64,000 nucleotides of DNA from positions 96,001 through 160,000 of the forward strand of contig JARVJZ010000001.1 in the NCBI GenBank assembly GCA_029775855.1. Reading direction: 5' to 3'. A model generated the notes under the pieces. The model was not told the DNA's origin. It saw only the letters and a program-made list of their open reading frames with translations, and ran no database searches. The position numbers were made by a program, and so were the translations under genes. How positions within the stretch are numbered: the stretch's first letter is position 1; each line of letters opens with the position of its first letter. This DNA is from Nitrososphaeria archaeon. GTDB taxonomy: Archaea; Thermoproteota; Nitrososphaeria; Nitrososphaerales; JAAOZN01. Shown here piece after piece: positions 36,493 through 46,882 of the stretch.

Positions 36493-38411
36493 AAAAGCTG
36501 ACTAGACCTTTTGATGAGATTCGCAAACAAGCGGTAGAAGAATGGAACCGGCTTTGGAACGACGGAAGAGCTGTAATTAGAGTAGAGTCCGCTACCTGCG
36601 GTAGAGCAGCCGGCGTTCTACAAGTAGCTGATGCTGTGCAGAAGAAGCTTCAAGAGCTTAACATAGATGCAAAGATCGTAAACACGGGTTGCATCGGGTT
36701 ATGCTATCTTGAACCCATTATGGATGTGACGAAACCAAATCAACCAAGCATCCTCTACCACAGCCTAGACCCGAAGACAGCAGCATCTATAGTTGAAGAC
36801 TACCTAGTTAAAAATGATATTAGAGCAGATAAAGCGCTTTGTAGCCTGGGAAGCAGCTATGCCAATTTACCATCTTTAGCTGAGCTCCCAGTAATGCAGA
36901 AGCAGACAAGATGGATTCTTCAGCGCTGTGGTCTCATAGATCCAGAGAAGATAGAGCATTACATTGCATTAGGAGGATACAGTGGTCTAGTTAAAGCTCT
37001 CTCTATGAAGCCTCATGAAGTTATAGAGTGGGTTAAGTTGAGTAGGTTAAGAGGGAGAGGTGGCGCAGGTTTTCCAACTGGAAAAAAGTGGGAAGTTTGC
37101 AGATCTGCACCCGGTGATGAAAAATACATCATCTGCAACGCTGATGAAGGTGATCCCGGAGCCTTCATGAATAGGGCTCTACTTGAAAGTGACCCTCATT
37201 TTGTGCTTGAGGGGATGGTTATAGGCTCTTATGCTTTAGGTGCGCAAGTAGGCTACATATACTGTAGAGCTGAATATCCTCTCGCTCTAGAAAGACTCAG
37301 AACGGCTTTAAAACAGATGGCTGATTTTGGCTTCTTAGGTAAAGACATCTTAGGTTCTGGGCATAATTTTGAGATACGCATCAAAGAAGGCGCTGGTGCT
37401 TTCGTATGTGGCGAAGAAACTGCGCTAATAGCTTCTATCGAAGGAAAGAGAGGTATGCCTAGACCAAGACCACCTTACCCCGCCCAATCAGGGCTGTGGG
37501 GTAAACCTACAGTAATAAATAACGTTGAGACTTGGGCTTGTGTATCATTAATCTTCCAAAAGGGTTGGGAATACTTCGCCAACAAGGGCTCAGAGAGTAG
37601 TAAAGGAACTAAGACCTTTTCGCTCGTCGGCAAAGTTAAGAGAGCTGGTCTTATAGAAGTGCCGCTTGGAATTACACTTAAAGAAATTATTTATGATATA
37701 GGAGGAGGCATAATCGGCGATAAAGAATTCAAGGCAGTTCAGATAGGAGGTCCTTCAGGCGGCTGCTTACCTAAGGTCCTCTTGACTACGCCAGTGGACT
37801 ATGACAGCTTAAGTTCAGCAGGCTCTATTATGGGCTCTGGCGGTATTGTAGTTATGGATGAAGATACTTGTGTAGTTGATATAGCCCACTACTTTCTCGA
37901 CTTTACCCAGAAGGAGTCTTGCGGCAAATGTGTTGTATGCAGAGAAGGCACGTGGAAGATGCTTCAGCTTCTTAAAGCTATTAAAGAAGGTAGAGCTGAC
38001 TCTAACACACTAGCCAAGCTAGAAGATCTTGCTCAAATCGTAAAGATAGGTTCGCTCTGCGGACTTGGGCAGACAGCACCTAACCCCGTCTTAACAACCT
38101 TAAGATACTTTAGGGACGAATATGAGGCACATATCAATGAGAAGCGATGCCCAGCCAAGGTCTGTAAGAATTTGATTACATACTATATTATCCCAGATAA
38201 ATGTGAAGGATGCATGATCTGCTTGAGAGAATGCCCAAGCGGTGCAATAAGAGGCGGCAAAAGAATGGTGCATATCATAGATCAAGAAAAATGTTCAAAA
38301 TGCGGAGTCTGTTACAACGTCTGCCCACCACGATTCAGAGCAGTAGTCAAAGTTTCTGGCGAGCATATGAATACACCAAGCGAACCTATACCTGTGCAGA
38401 GGAGGAAGTAA
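36489..38411 (+). CDS. NuoF/HydB-like FMN/NADH subunit with N-terminal thioredoxin-like [2Fe-2S] and C-terminal 2[4Fe-4S] domains
   Basis: GCIGLCYLEP; RGRGGAGFPTG; CNADEGDPG; CGKCVVCREG; HINEKRCPAKVC; CEGCMICLREC; CSKCGVCYNVC. Confidence 0.93.
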   Translation: MKKLTRPFDEIRKQAVEEWNRLWNDGRAVIRVESATCGRAAGVLQVADAVQKKLQELNIDAKIVNTGCIGLCYLEPIMDVTKPNQPSILYHSLDPKTAASIVEDYLVKNDIRADKALCSLGSSYANLPSLAELPVMQKQTRWILQRCGLIDPEKIEHYIALGGYSGLVKALSMKPHEVIEWVKLSRLRGRGGAGFPTGKKWEVCRSAPGDEKYIICNADEGDPGAFMNRALLESDPHFVLEGMVIGSYALGAQVGYIYCRAEYPLALERLRTALKQMADFGFLGKDILGSGHNFEIRIKEGAGAFVCGEETALIASIEGKRGMPRPRPPYPAQSGLWGKPTVINNVETWACVSLIFQKGWEYFANKGSESSKGTKTFSLVGKVKRAGLIEVPLGITLKEIIYDIGGGIIGDKEFKAVQIGGPSGGCLPKVLLTTPVDYDSLSSAGSIMGSGGIVVMDEDTCVVDIAHYFLDFTQKESCGKCVVCREGTWKMLQLLKAIKEGRADSNTLAKLEDLAQIVKIGSLCGLGQTAPNPVLTTLRYFRDEYEAHINEKRCPAKVCKNLITYYIIPDKCEGCMICLRECPSGAIRGGKRMVHIIDQEKCSKCGVCYNVCPPRFRAVVKVSGEHMNTPSEPIPVQRRK

Positions 38412-38412
38412 A

Positions 38413-40545
38413 ATGGCTAACAGAACAGTAAAATTAAATATCGACGGTAAAACTGTTGTGGTAGAAAGTGGAAAAACTATCCTAGAAGCAGCTTTAGCAA
38501 ACGGAATCTACATCCCTCACCTATGCTACCACCCAGCCCTAACACCCTCAGGCGCCTGCAGACTTTGTTTGGTTGAAGTAGAAGGCATGCGTGGTGTGGT
38601 TGCATCATGCTCTACTCCTGCATCAGATGGTATGATTGTTCATACGGAGACGCCACTTATATCTAAACTGAGAAAGTCTACGCTTGAGTTCATACTCTCG
38701 GAGCATCCGCTTGACTGTTTAGTCTGCCCTAAGAACCTTCGATGTGAGCTCCAAGCTGTTGCACAATATATAGGTGTAGATGGATTAAATATACAGCGTA
38801 GAGCAAAAGAGGTGCAGATAAACGATAAGAACCCTCTCATCGTTATAGACCCGAATAAATGTATACTATGTGGCAGATGTGTAAGCATATGTAACGAAGT
38901 CAGAAAAGTCGGTGCCTTAACATTTGTAAACAGAGGGAAAGAAACCAGAATCGGAACATTCTTCAACAGTCCTTTAACCGAAGCTGGCTGTAGATTTTGC
39001 GGCGCCTGTGTAGAAGTCTGCCCAACCGCAGCCCTAATGGATAAAAATAGCTCTTGGAGGACACTTGCCGAAAGAGAAGCTAAGCTCGTGCCTTGTATAG
39101 ATGCTTGCCCAGCACACATCGATATACCTCGATACCTAGCGTTTATAGCGCGAGGGCTCTTCCAAGAAGCTGTAAACGTTATCAGAGAAAAGGCCCCCTT
39201 CCCACGTGTGTTAGGTAGAGTCTGCACACACCCATGTGAATACGCTTGCAAACGCGGCGAAGTTAACGAACCTATCGCCATTAGGCTATGTAAGAGGTTC
39301 GTAGCCGACTTAGACGACAAATCTTGGCGTCTGAAGATCAAGAAGATGCCTAAGACAGGCAAAAAAGTCGCTATAGTAGGCTCAGGACCAGCGGGTTTAA
39401 CCGCTGCCTACTTCTTAGCCAAACTTGGACACAGTGTAGTCATATTTGAGGCAGAGAATAAAATTGGCGGGTTGATGAGGTACGGTATACCTGAGTTTAG
39501 GTTACCTAAACGCGTTCTAGATGATGAGATAGAAGAAATAATGAATGTTGGTGTAGACGTTAGGTGTAACTTAAAGGTCGAATCTTTAGAAAGCCTGTTT
39601 GAGCAAGGATTTGACGCTGTATTCTTATCTATTGGTGCAGGCTCCACATCTAGGCTCGGTATACAAGGTGAGGATCTACAAGGCGTAGTTGATTGTCTGA
39701 GCCTACTTAAAGCCGCTAATCTCGGTCAAAAAATTGAAGTTGGGCGTAGAGTGCTGGTAATAGGGGGAGGAAACTCCGCTATTGATGCTGCAAGAACAGC
39801 GCTTAGGTTAGGCGCTGAGAGTGTTAAGATCATTTATAGGAGAAGTAGGGTTGAAATGCCTGCTGGTAGAGAAGAGTTAGACGAAGCTTTAGAAGAAGGT
39901 GTCGAATTAATAGAACTTACTGCGCCTTTAAAGATAGTTAAGGAGAACGGTGTGTTAAGACTTACTTGTATTAAAATGAGACTCGGAGACCCTGATGCTA
40001 CTGGTAGAAGAAAGCCTGAGCCCATAGAGCATAGTGAGTTTGTTATAGATGCTGACACTATCGTGAAGGCTGTAGGACAAAAACCTTCTCTACCTTCTGG
40101 ATTCAACCTTGAGTTGGACTCGAATGGTCGTGTTAAAGTAGATCAGAATCTTATGACGAGCAGAAAAGGTGTGTTTGCAGGAGGCGATATTGTAAGAGGG
40201 CCTTCATCCATTATACAAGCTATCGCCGATGGTAGGCAAGCAGCTTCGGCTATAGATATTTACTTGGGTGGCGAAGGGAAGATAGATGATGAACTTGCCT
40301 CAAAGCTAACCCCAAATCCAGTCTTAGGGTATGACGCAGACTTCCCCTTCATTAAGAGAGTAGAATGTTCGAAGCTTGAGCCTAAAACCAGAATCAAGAG
40401 TTTCGATGAAGTGGAGTCAGGATTTAAACAAGAAGAGGCTGTTAGAGAAGCTAGCCGATGCCTTAGATGTAAGTTAAGGTTGACTATACCACAACCAATT
40501 CTTCCACCAATTGAGACAAAATATAGATTGATGGAAAAAGGTTGA
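38413..40545 (+). CDS. Fusion of NuoG/HydA N-terminal Fe-S domains and a GltD/NfnB-like FAD-NADPH oxidoreductase
   Basis: IPHLC..GACRLC..ASC; HPLDCLVC..C; CILCGRC; CRFCGAC; PCIDACP; GRVCTHPCE; GSGPAG; GGGNSAID; YRRSR; FAGGD. Confidence 0.9.
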   Translation: MANRTVKLNIDGKTVVVESGKTILEAALANGIYIPHLCYHPALTPSGACRLCLVEVEGMRGVVASCSTPASDGMIVHTETPLISKLRKSTLEFILSEHPLDCLVCPKNLRCELQAVAQYIGVDGLNIQRRAKEVQINDKNPLIVIDPNKCILCGRCVSICNEVRKVGALTFVNRGKETRIGTFFNSPLTEAGCRFCGACVEVCPTAALMDKNSSWRTLAEREAKLVPCIDACPAHIDIPRYLAFIARGLFQEAVNVIREKAPFPRVLGRVCTHPCEYACKRGEVNEPIAIRLCKRFVADLDDKSWRLKIKKMPKTGKKVAIVGSGPAGLTAAYFLAKLGHSVVIFEAENKIGGLMRYGIPEFRLPKRVLDDEIEEIMNVGVDVRCNLKVESLESLFEQGFDAVFLSIGAGSTSRLGIQGEDLQGVVDCLSLLKAANLGQKIEVGRRVLVIGGGNSAIDAARTALRLGAESVKIIYRRSRVEMPAGREELDEALEEGVELIELTAPLKIVKENGVLRLTCIKMRLGDPDATGRRKPEPIEHSEFVIDADTIVKAVGQKPSLPSGFNLELDSNGRVKVDQNLMTSRKGVFAGGDIVRGPSSIIQAIADGRQAASAIDIYLGGEGKIDDELASKLTPNPVLGYDADFPFIKRVECSKLEPKTRIKSFDEVESGFKQEEAVREASRCLRCKLRLTIPQPILPPIETKYRLMEKG

Positions 40546-40556
40546 AGATAAAGTGT

Positions 40557-42167
40557 CTAATGGTTGAGCTGCTTAGCCATATAAGTCCCCTCAAGTCTAT
40601 ATCCTTGTCTTACATAGTATTGGCGAACTCCAACCGCGCTCGTAACTAAAATCTTTCTGCAATCATATACGCCTCTAGCAATGTTTTCAGCTTCGTAGAG
40701 GAGTTTCTTACCGAACCCTCTATGCTGCCAAGCATTTTCTTTCCTAATTCCTAATGGTAGGGCTTCACCATACACGTGGAGTTCTCTCACAAGCGCTGTT
40801 CTATCATTTTTCACTTCTTCCCTATGAGCTTTATTTGACGGTATCCTTAGTCTAAGAAAGCCTAAAAGGGTGTCTGTTAAAGGATGTTCATATGATAGGA
40901 AGATCTCTACTCCTTCAGACGCCTCATATTCTTCTCTTAGCAATTTGATTTCAGAATCGTTTATCCTTATGTTCTTAAGCCCTACTTCCCTGCATCTTAT
41001 GCATCTGCATCTAACCCCCATTCTCCTCATTTCTTGCTGTACGATTTCTCTTAAGTTGCCATTTTTGACACCCGCTACTATCTGGCCTGCCGGTATTTCC
41101 CGCTGTATGCGCATAATTCTAATCCAAGGTGGCACCATCTTTTTCACGGCAGAAAGTAAATCTACAACCTCATTGAGATCATATGGCTTGTACTCACCCT
41201 TTAAGTAGAGTTTATGGATGTAAGTGCCTTCTGTCACGACTGTTGGGTATATTTTAAGCATATCTGGCTTAAACCGAGGGTCCTCAAAGAGCATCTTAAA
41301 GTGCTGAAGGTCTTTTTCTATGTCTGATTTCGGTAAGCCTGGCATCATATGGGCAACTATCTTTAAACCAGAATCTCTAGCTGCTTGGAAGGCTTCAGCT
41401 ACATCTTTGACTGAATGCCCACGGTTAATAAATCTGTAGATTTCATCGTCAAGCGTTTGAACACCTATTTCAACTCTTGTGACTCCATAGCTTAGCATAA
41501 AGTCGATATGCTTCTCCTTACAGTAGTCTGGTCTAGTTTCTACAGTAAAGCCGACGTTTCTTATTTTAGCGTGTTCAGCTTCACTCAACGCTTCTTTAAG
41601 TGTCTGCGAAGGTTTCCCGTTTAACGCATCAAAGCAGCCTTTAACAAATCTAATCTGCTCTTCTTCGGGTAGGGATGTGAATGTTCCTCCTATTATCACA
41701 AGCTCGACTTTATCGACGGTATGTCCTATCTGTTTTAGCTGCTTCAGCCGCGCATTAACCTGTAGATAAGGGTCATATAGGTTCTCTTTAGCTCTTCTCG
41801 ATGAGGGTTCAAATCCAGTGTAGCTTTGTGGTGTTCCCTTACTCACACCCCCAGGGCAGTAGATGCAGACGCCGTGGGGGCAGGGGTGAGGTGCAGCCAT
41901 AACCGCGACAACAGCTATCCCGCTCGCTGTTCTTATTGGTTTGATTTTAAGTCTGCTTAACCCTTTTAGGTCTTCTTGGGGTAGTGTGTTTATTAGTTGT
42001 CTTAATCCTATAAGCTTATTTAATCCGTATCTTTTTGAGATGAGTTTTTGATGTTGGATAAGTTTCTTCGTTGTGAGTTTGGATTCTGACGATATGATTT
42101 GGGCTAACTCTTTGAGCGCTGCTTCATACGCTCTGCTCCTATCCTCTGTTTCAGCTTCGGGTTGCAT
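40557..42167 (-). CDS. elp3: Elp3 tRNA uridine(34) acetyltransferase (radical SAM + KAT)
   Basis: CPHGVCIYCPGG, PQSYTG, ETRPD, LKIYPT, RIQRE, RELHVYG, WQHRGFG. Confidence 0.96.
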   Translation of the reverse strand: MQPEAETEDRSRAYEAALKELAQIISSESKLTTKKLIQHQKLISKRYGLNKLIGLRQLINTLPQEDLKGLSRLKIKPIRTASGIAVVAVMAAPHPCPHGVCIYCPGGVSKGTPQSYTGFEPSSRRAKENLYDPYLQVNARLKQLKQIGHTVDKVELVIIGGTFTSLPEEEQIRFVKGCFDALNGKPSQTLKEALSEAEHAKIRNVGFTVETRPDYCKEKHIDFMLSYGVTRVEIGVQTLDDEIYRFINRGHSVKDVAEAFQAARDSGLKIVAHMMPGLPKSDIEKDLQHFKMLFEDPRFKPDMLKIYPTVVTEGTYIHKLYLKGEYKPYDLNEVVDLLSAVKKMVPPWIRIMRIQREIPAGQIVAGVKNGNLREIVQQEMRRMGVRCRCIRCREVGLKNIRINDSEIKLLREEYEASEGVEIFLSYEHPLTDTLLGFLRLRIPSNKAHREEVKNDRTALVRELHVYGEALPLGIRKENAWQHRGFGKKLLYEAENIARGVYDCRKILVTSAVGVRQYYVRQGYRLEGTYMAKQLNH

Positions 42168-42251
42168 CTTAAATCAGACTATTTTGAGCTCTTAAGGGGT
42201 TCGTGTTATTTAAGTTAAGTTTATCGGTATGCGGAACAAAGCCAGTATAGA

Positions 42252-42539
42252 GTGGATTTGAGCGGAGAGATAGAGTTTGAGCTGCTTGAGAGTAAGCCTG
42301 TGGGAAGCGACACCGTTGTCTTTAGGCTGGAGGATGGTGCTATAGTCAAGATCAGAGTAGATATCGATAGGGCTGGTGTTGCGGTTAACTACAAAAACCC
42401 AGACGGCTCTCCCCACTACAACATAACCGTATCAAACAAAATCGTCATAATCCCACCAACTAAGAGATACCGCCTACCTAAAGAACAGATTCAGCCGACT
42501 CAGCAAGCTAAAGACGTTAAGAGCGAGCCATACCGTTAA
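42252..42539 (+). CDS. Hypothetical beta-rich protein
   Basis: 95-aa ORF following a TATA-like element; co-oriented with the dUTPase gene. Confidence 0.7.
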   Translation: MDLSGEIEFELLESKPVGSDTVVFRLEDGAIVKIRVDIDRAGVAVNYKNPDGSPHYNITVSNKIVIIPPTKRYRLPKEQIQPTQQAKDVKSEPYR

Positions 42540-42553
42540 AAAGGCGGCTGCAA

Positions 42554-42886
42554 ATGGTAGATACTTTAGAAGAGATCTTTAAACTCCAGAAAGAGTATGT
42601 TTCAACTTTTAGCTTTGAGCGCTACCCTAAGAGCCTAGAGGCGCGTATTTCAGCCCTCTGCACAGCTATAATCCACGAAGCAGTAGAACTACAAGACCTA
42701 ACATCTTGGAAGTGGTGGAAGACATCCAAAGGATTCGAAGTAGAAAGAGCAAAAGAGGAGCTCATAGACATCCTCCACTTCCTTGTGCAAGCTTTCATAG
42801 AAATGAATCTCTCACCAAACGATATATTAAACCTATATCGTGCGAAGAATTATGTAAACCGAGAAAGGGCGCAAAGCGGATACTAG
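42554..42886 (+). CDS. All-alpha NTP pyrophosphatase (dimeric dUTPase family)
   Basis: HEAVEL, WKWWK, EELIDILHF, KNYVNRERAQSGY. Confidence 0.88.
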   Translation: MVDTLEEIFKLQKEYVSTFSFERYPKSLEARISALCTAIIHEAVELQDLTSWKWWKTSKGFEVERAKEELIDILHFLVQAFIEMNLSPNDILNLYRAKNYVNRERAQSGY

Positions 42887-42972
42887 GGTGTAACCAAGCG
42901 TTAATTAACCAAGGTAACAACAACTCAAGTGACAAGCAAACTGATAACACAGACCTGCTCTCCTTTATACAT

Positions 42973-43194
42973 ATGCCCTTCGAAATCGTCTGCGGTAACT
43001 GTGGAGAAACGCTATACTGGGGAATGGAGCTACTTTCTCCGAGAGAAGTCTTAAAGATGAAGCGAGGCATATGCTACAGATGCGGCGCTAAACTTTCAAC
43101 CGACTACACTTTCGAAATCTTAAGATGTGAAGCATATACCCCCTCTATAAAAAGAATAAGTGTCAAGCATCGAGAAATAGATGAATCTGAATAG
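42973..43194 (+). CDS. Small zinc-finger protein (C-terminal part of the 42706 ORF)
   Basis: MPFEIVCGNCGETLY...CYRCGAKL; in-frame ATG 42973. Confidence 0.7.
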   Translation: MPFEIVCGNCGETLYWGMELLSPREVLKMKRGICYRCGAKLSTDYTFEILRCEAYTPSIKRISVKHREIDESE

Positions 43195-43230
43195 ATAGCC
43201 TTAAGAAAGCAGTCTTAACCAACTCTTGCG

Positions 43231-44694
43231 TTGATGAACTACGAGCAGATCATAAGGCTGATGCTTGAGCGAGGCTTCCTACTGCCTAGCTCAGAAATCT
43301 ATGCTGATGCTTTAGCTGGCTTCTGGGACTATGGACCTTTAGGTGTAGCCCTCAAGAACAAGTATGTTGAGCTCTGGAGAAGATACTTAGTTAGAAGAGA
43401 TAACATGGTTGAAATAGATGGATGCCAAATTATGCCCAAGAGCGTATTCGTAGCATCGGGACACCTAGCTGGCTTCGAAGACCCTATCGTGAGTTGCACA
43501 AAATGCAACTTGACTCTTAGAGCAGATAGGCTTATACAGGAGAAGACTGGGAAGATCATACCAGAAAGGCTCCCTAATCAAGAGCTTGACAACCTCATAT
43601 CTTCTAACGATATTCGATGCCCTAACTGCGGGGGAAACTTTGGAAATGTGCGTAGATTTAACATGATGTTTAAGGTTAATGTAGGTCCTTCAGGTGAAGA
43701 AGCATATCTTAGACCTGAAACATGCCAGAGCATCTTCGTCGACTTCCCAAGGCTCTTTAAGGTCATGCGTTGTAAGCTACCTGTAGCATTTGCACAATAT
43801 GGTAAAAGTTTCCGTAACGAGATATCACCGAGACAGAGCCTAATGAGGCTAAGAGAGTTTTATCAAGCTGAGATAGAAGTCTTCTTTAATCCAGATAAGG
43901 CTAATGAATTCGAAAAGTTCGATGCAGTAAAGTCTGAGGTTTTAAGACTTGCGTTAGACGGGGAGAAGCTAGAAGAAATTACTGCTGCAGAGGCTCTCGA
44001 AAAAGGTTATCTACCTAACAAGCTAATCGCCTACTACTTAGTCATCCTTAAACAGTTCTATCAATATGCAGGTTTAGATGTTAAAAGAAGCCGCTTTAGG
44101 AAGCTGGGAGATGATGAGAAAGCTTTCTACGCCAGTTCAGCCTTCGACTTTGAGGTAGAAACCAGCTTAGGCTGGATCGAGTTGGTTGCCTGCAACCATA
44201 GGGGCGACTATGACCTCTCTGGGCACTCTAAGGTTAGTAAGAAAGACATGACGGTGTTAGATGGCGATAGAGATGTTTTGCCAAATGTCTTCGAGCTTTC
44301 GATGGGTGTTGACCGAAGTATCTACGCTATAATTGAGCACTCACTTGTAGTTGATGGGGAAAGAACAGTTTTACGCTTTAAACCCTATCTTGCACCCATT
44401 CAAGTAGGCGTCTTCCCCCTTGTAACTAGAGACGGTCTTCCAGAAGCGGCAAAGCAGATCTATTCAAAGATTAAATTGAATTTTGAAGCGTTTTACGATG
44501 AATCAGGAAGCATAGGGCGGAGATATAGGAGAATGGATGAAATAGGCACTCCTTTTTGCATCACTGTAGATTATCAAACCCTTGAAGATAACACAGTGAC
44601 CATTAGAGACCGAGACACAATGAAGCAAGATAGGGTGAAAATAAGTGAATTAGAGCAAGCGCTGCAGCGTAGACTTTTCACCTACTCGCCTTAA
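43231..44694 (+). CDS. glyS: Glycine--tRNA ligase (alpha2, eukaryote/archaeal type)
   Basis: DYGPLG, LRPETCQ, FRNEISPRQ, RLREFYQAE, GSIGRRYRRMDEIGTP. Confidence 0.96.
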   Translation: MMNYEQIIRLMLERGFLLPSSEIYADALAGFWDYGPLGVALKNKYVELWRRYLVRRDNMVEIDGCQIMPKSVFVASGHLAGFEDPIVSCTKCNLTLRADRLIQEKTGKIIPERLPNQELDNLISSNDIRCPNCGGNFGNVRRFNMMFKVNVGPSGEEAYLRPETCQSIFVDFPRLFKVMRCKLPVAFAQYGKSFRNEISPRQSLMRLREFYQAEIEVFFNPDKANEFEKFDAVKSEVLRLALDGEKLEEITAAEALEKGYLPNKLIAYYLVILKQFYQYAGLDVKRSRFRKLGDDEKAFYASSAFDFEVETSLGWIELVACNHRGDYDLSGHSKVSKKDMTVLDGDRDVLPNVFELSMGVDRSIYAIIEHSLVVDGERTVLRFKPYLAPIQVGVFPLVTRDGLPEAAKQIYSKIKLNFEAFYDESGSIGRRYRRMDEIGTPFCITVDYQTLEDNTVTIRDRDTMKQDRVKISELEQALQRRLFTYSP

Positions 44695-45506
44695 GACAGC
44701 AACAGAAACACAGCCATACCTATAAATGCGCCTATAAATGTCGAAGTAAGGTTTACAAGATTATTATCTAACCTATGTATACCCGATACGAAGAGCCCTT
44801 TAGAGCCATGATGCATAGGCTGCTCAACAACCTTGCCGCAGACTACACATCGATACTTTTCCTGCAGAAGTGCACCTAATAAGCTGTCAGCTATCGAACC
44901 TAACACCCCACCAACTGCTGCCACAACAATAACTTTAAACACAGCGCCGTCAAAGAAACCCAACACAGCAGCAGCCAAACCGATAATCAAAGCACCAACT
45001 ACAGCCATGAATGTTCCCAAAGGTGTAACACCGCCCGATGTTCCGGGTTCAACTTGAAGGCGAAGATTTGTTATAAGCCGTGGCTTCACTCTGCTTAACA
45101 ATCCAACCTCTGTTGCAAGAGTATCTGAAGCAGCTGTCGCTACTACACCAAGGAAAGCTGCGGCAAAGATATCTCCACCAACTGCGTATTCTGCTGCAGC
45201 AAAAAGCGCCGCCGCTCCACCATTCGATGCAGCGTTGAGCCAGCTTCTTGCGCCTCCTTTAGCTTCTGCTGCGCCTATACCGCGCTTATAGTTGTATTTA
45301 AAATGCGTAAAGAATGAAGCAGCGGTGAAGAAGATTATGATAAGAATCAGCCAGCTCCAGCTGCCTGAGCCGACTAGAATCACCATACCTATGAGTATAG
45401 ATGCAAGAGCGCCACTTCGGCTAAGTGCTTTTAGTTTGAATGCTAAGTAGGCGAGAAGTGATATAAGCACAAAGCCAACTATTATGTCATATAGAGGCAG
45501 CGGCAT
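44691..45506 (-). CDS. DUF92/TMEM19 family membrane protein
   Basis: ATAASDTLATEVG, PGTSGGVTPLG, DSLLGALLQ, DNNLVN. Confidence 0.9.
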   Translation of the reverse strand: MPLPLYDIIVGFVLISLLAYLAFKLKALSRSGALASILIGMVILVGSGSWSWLILIIIFFTAASFFTHFKYNYKRGIGAAEAKGGARSWLNAASNGGAAALFAAAEYAVGGDIFAAAFLGVVATAASDTLATEVGLLSRVKPRLITNLRLQVEPGTSGGVTPLGTFMAVVGALIIGLAAAVLGFFDGAVFKVIVVAAVGGVLGSIADSLLGALLQEKYRCVVCGKVVEQPMHHGSKGLFVSGIHRLDNNLVNLTSTFIGAFIGMAVFLLLS

Positions 45507-45623
45507 AAGGCCCCAAATATAGCGCTTAGGGTCTTATTCAAAAACCTTTCCCTATATAAATTGTTAGGTGCAGCGTATCGCTAACTTTTTCTATAACCCT
45601 CAAGTATATAAACTCTATATATC

Positions 45624-46175
45624 TTGAGTGGGCTAAAATCCTCTAAGGAAGTATTTATCAGGAAGGTTGAGCTAAAAGATGGTTCTGAAGTAAAAATCAG
45701 GTATGTAGATTTGGATGACGCTCTTGGGCTACATGAAATGTATAACTCCTTGTCACAAGATACAATTTATAACCGCTTTTTCATATTTAGAGATCAGCTT
45801 AGCCTCGAAGAAGCAAAAAAGATGGTGGCAATAAGCAAAAAAGATGAAATAGCTTTGGTAGGAGTGCTTAATAGCGAAGCAGGCACACAGATAATAGCCG
45901 ATGCACGCATCTACATAGAAGGCAGCACAGGAGAGATAGGTATCGTAGTCCATGACCGTTGGCAAAACAAAGGTTTAGGCACAGCGTTGGTAAGTGAGTT
46001 GATACGCGAAGGAGAGAAGATGGGTTTAAAGAAGCTCAAGATCTACTGCCTCCCGGATAATAGAATTATGATACATGTGGGTGAAAAGCTTGGTTTCAAA
46101 TATAGCATGTCTGAGTTAGGTGTTGTCCGAATGATTCTCGAGCTACCTATTAGCCAAAATCAACAAAACAAGTAG
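45624..46175 (+). CDS. GNAT-family acetyltransferase
   Basis: LSQDTIYNRFF; VHDRWQNKGLGTAL; N..M...KLGF. Confidence 0.88.
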   Translation: MSGLKSSKEVFIRKVELKDGSEVKIRYVDLDDALGLHEMYNSLSQDTIYNRFFIFRDQLSLEEAKKMVAISKKDEIALVGVLNSEAGTQIIADARIYIEGSTGEIGIVVHDRWQNKGLGTALVSELIREGEKMGLKKLKIYCLPDNRIMIHVGEKLGFKYSMSELGVVRMILELPISQNQQNK

Positions 46176-46186
46176 AGGGAACACTA

Positions 46187-46831
46187 CTAATCTATCTTCT
46201 TAACATCTCTCTGATAAGCAATATAGGAGTAAACTACTGTGTAGATGGATACAGCTAAGATTGGCGCGAGAATAAAAAGATACGCATATTCAGGTAAGAG
46301 CACGCCCACTAATGAGAGGAGACCAACAGCAATAAAGAGGCGACCACCAATTCTATGAGTCTTATCCCATACTACATCGCTGCTTAGAGTCCACGGCGTT
46401 CGAATACCAATAAACCAATTCCTCTTAGCCTTACCCAGCAGCACCCCAATGTATATGAATAATGCACCTATGCCTAAAGGAATAATAACATTAGGGCTAA
46501 CTTTAAAACCAAGCCCCCAAAGGATAACTTGAGTCTGCACAACCAGCATAAACAGCAGCATAACCAAGATAAACCCATAGTAGTAGCTTATGAACCGCAT
46601 AATATTATCCTTCAACGGGTCAATTCGAGGTATTGCTACGAAGAGCAGATAGAGCCCAACCATAATCAAAGGAATTAAAAAAGCCCCCCAAAACTTAGGC
46701 AAGTATCCGTCAACCTCTCCAGCCGCATTCCAGTGTGATGGCATCAACTCAGGCATATAGGGGTAAGTAAAGATGGAGATTAGAAAAGATGCAACAAGCA
46801 GACCAATACTCATAGCTACAACAATCTTCAT
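46187..46831 (-). CDS. SdpI/DUF1648 family membrane protein
   Basis: PSHWNAAGEVDG; NWFIGIRTPWTLSSDVVWDKTHR. Confidence 0.92.
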   Translation of the reverse strand: MKIVVAMSIGLLVASFLISIFTYPYMPELMPSHWNAAGEVDGYLPKFWGAFLIPLIMVGLYLLFVAIPRIDPLKDNIMRFISYYYGFILVMLLFMLVVQTQVILWGLGFKVSPNVIIPLGIGALFIYIGVLLGKAKRNWFIGIRTPWTLSSDVVWDKTHRIGGRLFIAVGLLSLVGVLLPEYAYLFILAPILAVSIYTVVYSYIAYQRDVKKID

Positions 46832-46882
46832 TCCATCCCCCTAAGGAATACAATAAATATATGTCCTTCGCTCTATCTCATT

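Noticed and set aside
35998-40545. Respiratory complex I or [FeFe]-hydrogenase
   Set aside because: No membrane Nuo subunits and no H-cluster motifs; the third subunit ends in a GltD-like domain.
42706-42972. N-terminal half of the 162-aa ORF
   Set aside because: Overlaps the dUTPase in another frame; only the part from ATG 42973 looks protein-like.
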